Positions 27,352-32,000 of a stretch of 32,000 nucleotides of DNA are shown in pieces. The notes below the pieces were generated by a model. That model made no database searches and was not told the origin of the DNA. It was given only the letters and a program-made list of their open reading frames with translations. The stretch's first letter is position 1, and every line of letters starts with the position of its first letter. The stretch is from Candidatus Methylomirabilis oxygeniifera (GTDB taxonomy: Bacteria; Methylomirabilota; Methylomirabilia; Methylomirabilales; Methylomirabilaceae), in assembly GCA_000091165.1 (NCBI GenBank), contig FP565575.1, forward strand, positions 780,001 through 812,000. Direction: 5' to 3'. A program made the translations under genes and the position numbers.

Positions 27352-27813
27352 ATGAAGGTGCGAGACGGTATGATGACCGATCTGGTAACGGCTTCACCAT
27401 GGGAGACCGCCGCCGAGGTCGCGCGTAAGATGCGTGACCAGAAGGTAGGGTGCGTGCTGATCGCCAACGAGGGTAAGCTGCTCGGCCTTATTACCGACCG
27501 GGAGCTCACTATCCAGTGTGTTGCCGAAGGGTGGAACCCGCAGACCACACGGATCGAGGAGATCATGATCCGGAATCCTTACACGATTGCTCCCGATTTC
27601 GAGATGGCTGAGGCCGCGCGGCTCTTTGGCCAGCGCAAGGTCAGGCGCTTCCCTGTTGTCGAGGACGGCCAGAAACTGCTTGGTATCCTGTCTGTTGCCG
27701 ATGTCGCGCCCGACTTTAAGGCGTACTTTGACGGGATCTTCCACGAGCTTGTCGAATGGCGTCATGAGGCGAAGGGCCAGCACAGCGGATGGGAGAGCAC
27801 CTGCGCGCATTAG
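27352..27813 (+). CDS. CBS-pair domain protein
   Basis: Two CBS repeats (MMTDLVTASP...VGCVLIANEGKLLGLITDREL and IMIRNPYTIAP...RRFPVVEDGQKLLGILSVADV). AGGAGG sits 8 nt upstream. Confidence 0.85.
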   Translation: MKVRDGMMTDLVTASPWETAAEVARKMRDQKVGCVLIANEGKLLGLITDRELTIQCVAEGWNPQTTRIEEIMIRNPYTIAPDFEMAEAARLFGQRKVRRFPVVEDGQKLLGILSVADVAPDFKAYFDGIFHELVEWRHEAKGQHSGWESTCAH

Positions 27814-27885
27814 GAGGTCTTCGGTGGGACAGAGGTCGGCCTCGATCGAGGAACCGTCACCGACCCTAATGGATTGGGGGGAAAG

Positions 27886-27938
27886 CAGCTATCGGCAATA
27901 GGCTGTCAGTTCAGCGTATTGCTGGTAGCTGTTTTTTT
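27886..27938 (+). terminator. rho-independent terminator of the CBS gene
   Basis: 15-bp stem CAGCTATCGGCAATA / TATTGCTGGTAGCTG with two G-U or mismatch positions, a 16-nt loop, followed by T7 (27932-27938). Confidence 0.65.
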
Positions 27939-27979
27939 GGAGGGACACCCTATACGATACGGCCGCACCACGGTACACG

Positions 27980-28068
27980 AAAACCCCCTCAATCCCCCTT
28001 TACGAAAGGGGGAGGTGGGGAAACATAGAAGTCTCCCCCCTTTTTTTGAAAGGGGGTTAGGGGGGTTT
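27980..28068. repeat. two inverted copies of a roughly 35-nt C5/G5 hairpin element (REP-like) between convergent genes
   Basis: Copy 1: AAAACCCCCTCAATCCCCCTTTACGAAAGGGGGAG (27980-28016). Copy 2, as reverse complement: AAACCCCCCTAACCCCCTTTCAAAAAAAGGGGGGAG (28033-28068). Each contains its own CCCCCTTT...AAAGGGGG stem. Confidence 0.5.
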
Positions 28069-28097
28069 GTCTGAAGCTGACGGCTGAGTACTGATGG

Positions 28098-28724
28098 CTA
28101 TTTTTTGAGGAGCCCAAGGTTGCACTGGGCATCCCGCTCTAGGAGCCGCCGCATGGTGGCGAAATCCTCCTGGGGCAGCACGTCCGGCAAGTGGTGGAGG
28201 CAGAGAGGAGTTCGGTCGGCCACGATCTTCCCTTCAATGACGTCTGCCAGATAAAAGAGATGCGCCCCGGCATCGAGGACATCTCTGACTTCGCATTCCA
28301 GGTAGCCGACAGTCCCTGACAGGATGGGGCTGCCGGTCACCCCGCGCTCAAAGGGGAGGGTTGCAAATTTATCCACGTCCCGGCCTGACCGAAAGCCGAA
28401 GTGAGTGACCAACGGCCATTGATCTTTTCCGAGCAGGTTCAGCGCAAATCGTTGGCTTTTCTCAATTAGCTCGCGGGTAAAGGTCGTCCGACCGATCCCG
28501 ACCAGAAGGCGGGGAACCTGCGGGACGATCGTCGCCGGCACCACCCAGCACACAATCTGGCCACTACATCGGTCCTGATGGGCTGCCGTTAGAACGAAGA
28601 TCTCAAAATCCAGCTTCCCGAATACTGCCGCAACGCTGTTTGCGTCCATGGGGCCTTCTTCGATCTGAGTGAGGACGGACCATGAGAGATTGTCCTGTCG
28701 CAATCCCTTATGCATCTGCATCAT
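28098..28724 (-). CDS. flavin reductase-like (FMN-binding split-barrel) protein
   Basis: FEIFVLTAAHQDRCSGQIVCWV...RFALNLL...SGRDVDKF...SPILSGTVGYLECEV pattern. The start is uncertain: 28724 overlaps the upstream gene by 17 nt, and the internal ATG at 28649 has GAAGG 5 nt upstream. Confidence 0.7.
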   Translation of the reverse strand: MMQMHKGLRQDNLSWSVLTQIEEGPMDANSVAAVFGKLDFEIFVLTAAHQDRCSGQIVCWVVPATIVPQVPRLLVGIGRTTFTRELIEKSQRFALNLLGKDQWPLVTHFGFRSGRDVDKFATLPFERGVTGSPILSGTVGYLECEVRDVLDAGAHLFYLADVIEGKIVADRTPLCLHHLPDVLPQEDFATMRRLLERDAQCNLGLLKK

Positions 28725-29424
28725 GTACGTGTACGAATGTTGCAGCGCTTGTCATCACGCCCTTCGCAATGCCGACCGCCCTCTGCGCCTCTGCGATCGT
28801 TGGTTCACCGAGCGGCAAAAGTCCCGCCTCTGCGGGATATCTCCCCCTATAGATGCTGTCGATATACACGATATCGTCCTCAGTGACGTCAATTGTGATC
28901 CTGTATTCTTCTGCCAGTACAAGCAGCCGCTCAGCGCTATGTGTTTTTTCCAGCTCCCATCCTTTGCTGAGTAACAATGCTTTTAATGCCTTCTCTATCG
29001 CTTGCTGAGCATGAAGGCATGCACCTCGATAAAACCCTCCGCGAAGCAGGTAATCGGCCATCTTCAACTCGTCCTCCGACTGCCTGAACCACTCCTTTGC
29101 CGCGTCCTTCATATACAATAATCTCCCTTCTCGTAATATCAATCCCAGAAAAGGACTGCCTTTCAAATAGTGCTCTCGAAAAGCCGAAAGAGAAGTGACA
29201 AAGGGGTCAATGGCGAATCTCTTATAGAAATCCTTGAGTTGCCCATATAGTAATCGATCAATATTTTTATCAAGCGGCTTCACGCTATCATCAAGCACAA
29301 TGAGTAAATCGAGGTCGTTTCCTATGCCTTCCCGTGCCGTAGAACCGAAGACAGTGATACAAATAGGGGAGAAGCCCTTTCTGATTGCATCAGACACCTC
29401 TTTTGCTTCTCTTAAGGTAACCAC
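28708..29424 (-). CDS. fused minimal nucleotidyltransferase (MNT) - HEPN domain protein
   Basis: N-terminal half: VFGSTAREGIGNDLDLLIVLDD (GS-x-AR ... DxD of pol-beta NTases). C-terminal half: ADYLLRGGFYRGACLHAQQAIEKALKALLLSKGWELEKTHSAERLL (HEPN helix pattern). GTG start. Confidence 0.8.
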   Translation of the reverse strand: MVTLREAKEVSDAIRKGFSPICITVFGSTAREGIGNDLDLLIVLDDSVKPLDKNIDRLLYGQLKDFYKRFAIDPFVTSLSAFREHYLKGSPFLGLILREGRLLYMKDAAKEWFRQSEDELKMADYLLRGGFYRGACLHAQQAIEKALKALLLSKGWELEKTHSAERLLVLAEEYRITIDVTEDDIVYIDSIYRGRYPAEAGLLPLGEPTIAEAQRAVGIAKGVMTSAATFVHVHDADA

Positions 29425-29689
29425 TTTTTCCAGTCAAGCTCAGCGCTGTCAGATTTGGCTCATCTCTGTCTTGGGCACGTGAATCAACTATCGGCAAATT
29501 ATACCATATCTCATTACCGGACGGCTGCAATAGGTACGGGGCGGTCGGAGCGGAAAGGCCGCCCCTTTCGGTTTATTCAGTAGTGGCAAGGAGGGACGAG
29601 ATACCGCCAAAAGGCGGAATATGGCCACGCTATCGCCGATGACACCAGTGATCCGTCGGGTTACGCTGCACTAACCCGACCTACTCATT

Positions 29690-29728
29690 GGAAAAGAAAG
29701 CGGGAGGGGATTGCTCCTCCTCCCGCTT
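29690..29728 (-). terminator. rho-independent terminator of the secreted-protein gene
   Basis: On the - strand: AAGCGGGAGG (11-nt loop/inner pairing) CCTCCCGCTT followed by TCTTTTCC. It lies about 60 nt downstream of the stop at 29791. Confidence 0.55.
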
Positions 29729-29790
29729 CACCGTGATCGAGAGAACTCATCTCTCACGGAGGCTTCAGGACATACTGAAACTTACGTCCT

Positions 29791-30849
29791 TCAGTCGTCG
29801 TCGTGGTCGGCGGCGGCGAAGAGCGCTTGAAGCACTTCGCCGTCCACTTCGCCATACTCAGTGGGGTCGGTGGCGCTGGAGTTGAATCCTCCAAAGGAGT
29901 TTTGCCGGGCCAAGAGGAACCCGACGGCGGCCTTGATCGCCTTCTTAGTCGGTTTACTATCGCTGGTCTCGGCGAGACCCATGACTATGTAGGCTGTAAC
30001 CTGCGTATCGCCTCCCCAGGAGCCATCCGGCAATTGCGCGAGAAGGAGTTGGCCCTTCCAGACATTGCGGGCGTTTCGGACCGTCGGATCGCCCTGCAGC
30101 TCGTGGGTGGCCGCAAGGAAGAGACCTTTGGACAGGTTCTCGCAGCCTGAACAATCCGGATCGACAACATCCCAGTCGGTGGCACGCGCAATGACCTGGA
30201 GCGCTTCGGCCAATGCATAGTCGCGTTGATGCACATCCATCGCAGCGCGTATATCCAGTGATGCATCCCACGCGCCGAGGTTATTTAAACCCTGGGCAAT
30301 GCGGCCGTCGATGCGGTTGTCGGCACGTACGGCGCCGGTCGGGAAGTCAGCCATCACGCAAGCGAACCACGCCTTAGCGACCTTGCGATAGTTCTTTTTG
30401 CCTGCGGGGCCGACGATGCTCCCCACCTTTCCGAGATGGGAGATGTCCGTCAGGAACGACGTGTCCACCGTGTACGGCCGATCCGTGCCTGTCGCCGGGT
30501 TTGCGTCGCAAGCAGGTGCGGCCGCGTGCTTCGCGATGAGCGCGTCTGCTGCGCGCGCTGCCGCAGCCAGGTGATCGCCGTCGTGCGTGACACGGTAGGC
30601 ATCAACGAGACCGAGCGCGGTCACGCCGAAAAGGTTAGGGCAGGAGCCGCCGCAAAGGGAAAGGCCGACGACCCACTCCCATCCTCCGTCTGGATTTTGG
30701 ATATCGACGAGGCGGTCGGCGCCGGCGTCGATTGCGGCCCGGATCGGATGAGGCGGATCTGCCACGGCGGGCGTGACCGGCGCGGCGACGAATAGCGAGA
30801 CCACCAGCACATAAAGCAGTGTAGATTTCTTCATAAGATTCCTCCTCAA
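29791..30849 (-). CDS. secreted prenyltransferase / squalene-oxidase-repeat (alpha/alpha-toroid-like) protein
   Basis: Signal peptide MKKSTLLYVLVVSLFVAAPVTPAVA. Repeated Q/N-x-x-DGGW-type motifs (IQNPDGGWEW, QLPDGSWGG, RQNSFGGF). Strong SD GAGGAGG 7 nt upstream. Confidence 0.6.
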   Translation of the reverse strand: MRRNLMKKSTLLYVLVVSLFVAAPVTPAVADPPHPIRAAIDAGADRLVDIQNPDGGWEWVVGLSLCGGSCPNLFGVTALGLVDAYRVTHDGDHLAAAARAADALIAKHAAAPACDANPATGTDRPYTVDTSFLTDISHLGKVGSIVGPAGKKNYRKVAKAWFACVMADFPTGAVRADNRIDGRIAQGLNNLGAWDASLDIRAAMDVHQRDYALAEALQVIARATDWDVVDPDCSGCENLSKGLFLAATHELQGDPTVRNARNVWKGQLLLAQLPDGSWGGDTQVTAYIVMGLAETSDSKPTKKAIKAAVGFLLARQNSFGGFNSSATDPTEYGEVDGEVLQALFAAADHDDD

Positions 30850-31784
30850 ACTCGTAAAAGGTGATAAGGACAGAAAGCTACTTCTTCCGAGCGGTAAGGG
30901 TTAAATCTTTTTTGACCCTCGACTTCGTTGTGTCATCTCATGGGCCATGATTTCCTTTCCGGCCGCGAAAGCGGGCCATCATTCGTTGAGAGTTGACGAA
31001 GCGGCTCCCGTGGGATGAAGGAGTTTTCGTAAAGAAATCCCCATAAGTGGCTCCAGTGCTCCATCATCGAGCCGAAAGTAGCGAATAATCGCGCTTTCGG
31101 CTCCGTATTATCGATATACGCCATTATGGCAACGGTCGCGGCAGTGTACAGTAGACTTATGCTTCGGTCAATACGCCAAATGGCGTATACATGAAGAAAT
31201 AAAAGCTACAATGCGATAAAACTAAGCCGGGCGTAATTATTCGATCATCTAAGGGTATATGGACAGCATATCGAACAACTATTTGTTCTTCTTGAACTTG
31301 CCGAAGGCGGATGCGCTCGCGGTTCGACGGGCTCATCATGAGCCGAATGGAGGCATCTACAGCCCGCATTAGCGATCAGTTATCAGAACCCAACCCCAGG
31401 TTGGGATGAAGTCAGTGCTTTACGGCCTACGGCACGAAGCCTTTGAGTGGGGGCAGAGCTGTCTCACGGAGGTGAACGCCCTTGTGATTACCGGGTTAGG
31501 TTGGCGAAAGGTCAATAAGAAGTCGTACCTGAACGTCTCATGCGACAGCAGGCGACCGGAGAGTACCTAGTAGCTTCATGGCAACACCTTATGCGCTGTC
31601 GGCGCACCCATGAGCATAATAAGTCTTTACGAGGCACTGCAACTCAGTGAGGCATCATTGCAAGCGACCAACGGCAGCGCGGCAATCTCACCGTTGTTGT
31701 CCTGAACTACTGTGAAATTGCTTCGGCTTCGCCTCGCAATGACGTGGACGGGGTTTTCCGGCAAAACATCGTCGATAGATATCA

Positions 31785-31813
31785 TTGACAGCGAGGGAAT
31801 GCCATCATATCAT
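31785..31813 (+). promoter_or_regulatory. sigma70-like promoter (TTGACA - 17 nt - TATCAT)
   Basis: Perfect -35 at 31785-31790, a 17-nt spacer, and a -10 matching 5 of 6 at 31808-31813. It lies about 85 nt upstream of the partial CDS. Confidence 0.45.
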
Positions 31814-31899
31814 TGCATTGTTAGCGTCAGTGAATATTCGTATAACTCTTGCTTTCGTTATTAGTAAGACTCAAGATCGCGAGAGAGAGGAAGGCCACC

Positions 31900-32000
31900 G
31901 TGAGGGCGATGGACGATCAAAAGACCACTATTAAGATCGTTCTGATAGTATGTCTCGCTGTCGCCTTATGCCTGATGCCCTGCGGCGTAGCCGGACAACA
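31900..32000 (+). CDS. 5' end of a gene for a secreted or lipoprotein-like protein, running off the right edge
   Basis: GAGGAAGG sits 6 nt before GTG 31900 (ATG at 31909). Translation (V)RAMDDQKTTIKIVLIVCLAVALCLMPCGVAGQ has a charged n-region, a hydrophobic core and a Cys-containing lipobox-like end. Too short for the ORF track. Confidence 0.4.
   Translation, partial: MRAMDDQKTTIKIVLIVCLAVALCLMPCGVAGQ

Noticed and set aside
27874-28074. 66-aa + strand ORF between the CBS and flavin reductase genes.
   Set aside because: It spans the terminator and the two C5/G5 hairpin repeats. Its translation (PLNPPLRKGEVG...PPFFERGLGGFV) is just the repeats read through, and there is no SD.
31069-31607. 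Degenerate ORF-less group II intron on the - strand. There is a GTGCG at 31603-31607, and about 540 nt downstream a hairpin starting GAGCC with a 2-nt bulge on its 3' side, resembling domain V.
   Set aside because: The hairpin loop is TTAT rather than GNRA, no convincing domain VI with a bulged A was found, and there is no reverse-transcriptase ORF or remnant. The length is at the extreme low end. Five-nucleotide matches to GTGCG are expected by chance. An Infernal scan with group II models would settle it.

Overview
Bacterial chromosomal segment, mostly about 58-62% GC by spot counts, with clearly AT-richer inserts. About 22 kb (445-23057) is a single-orientation (+) glycan-biosynthesis locus. 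Upstream part: a GSCFA-family protein, a radical SAM/SPASM enzyme, a GT2, a stand-alone APS kinase (cysC) and a 739-aa sulfotransferase / coiled-coil / GT2 fusion. Middle, low-GC part: a putative DxD transferase, a 935-aa, roughly 14-TM GT-C-like membrane protein and a SAM methyltransferase. Downstream: a GtrB/ArnC-type polyprenyl-phosphate glycosyltransferase and three redox or tailoring enzymes (NAD epimerase/dehydratase, SDR, Gfo/Idh/MocA). Then comes a tightly coupled GDP-D-glycero-alpha-D-manno-heptose operon (hddA, hddC, gmhA, gmhB) with its own transaldolase, followed by gmd. The locus is punctuated by selfish modules: HicB/HicA, an antitoxin/RelE pair, two Uma2 (DUF820) nuclease genes (one with an in-frame TGA) and, further right, a fused MNT-HEPN protein. 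Decayed ghost copies of the fcl and gmd 3' ends flank these insertions. The right third holds housekeeping-type genes: MFS transporter, ComB-like phosphatase, CBS-pair protein, flavin reductase and a secreted prenyltransferase/squalene-oxidase-repeat protein. It ends in an ORF-poor, palindrome-rich kilobase. The most interesting signals are: (1) a roughly 110-aa beta-rich module on at least five proteins of unrelated chemistry; (2) a near-perfect 84-bp tandem repeat encoding a coiled coil between the sulfotransferase and GT2 domains, a candidate length-variable molecular ruler; (3) a dedicated PAPS plus sulfotransferase plus GDP-heptose plus Gmd combination, implying a sulfated (possibly 6-deoxy) heptoglycan; (4) the radical SAM/SPASM enzyme with an unusual N-terminal extension and a tightly nested small upstream ORF. 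No tRNA, rRNA, CRISPR array or intact transposase was seen.
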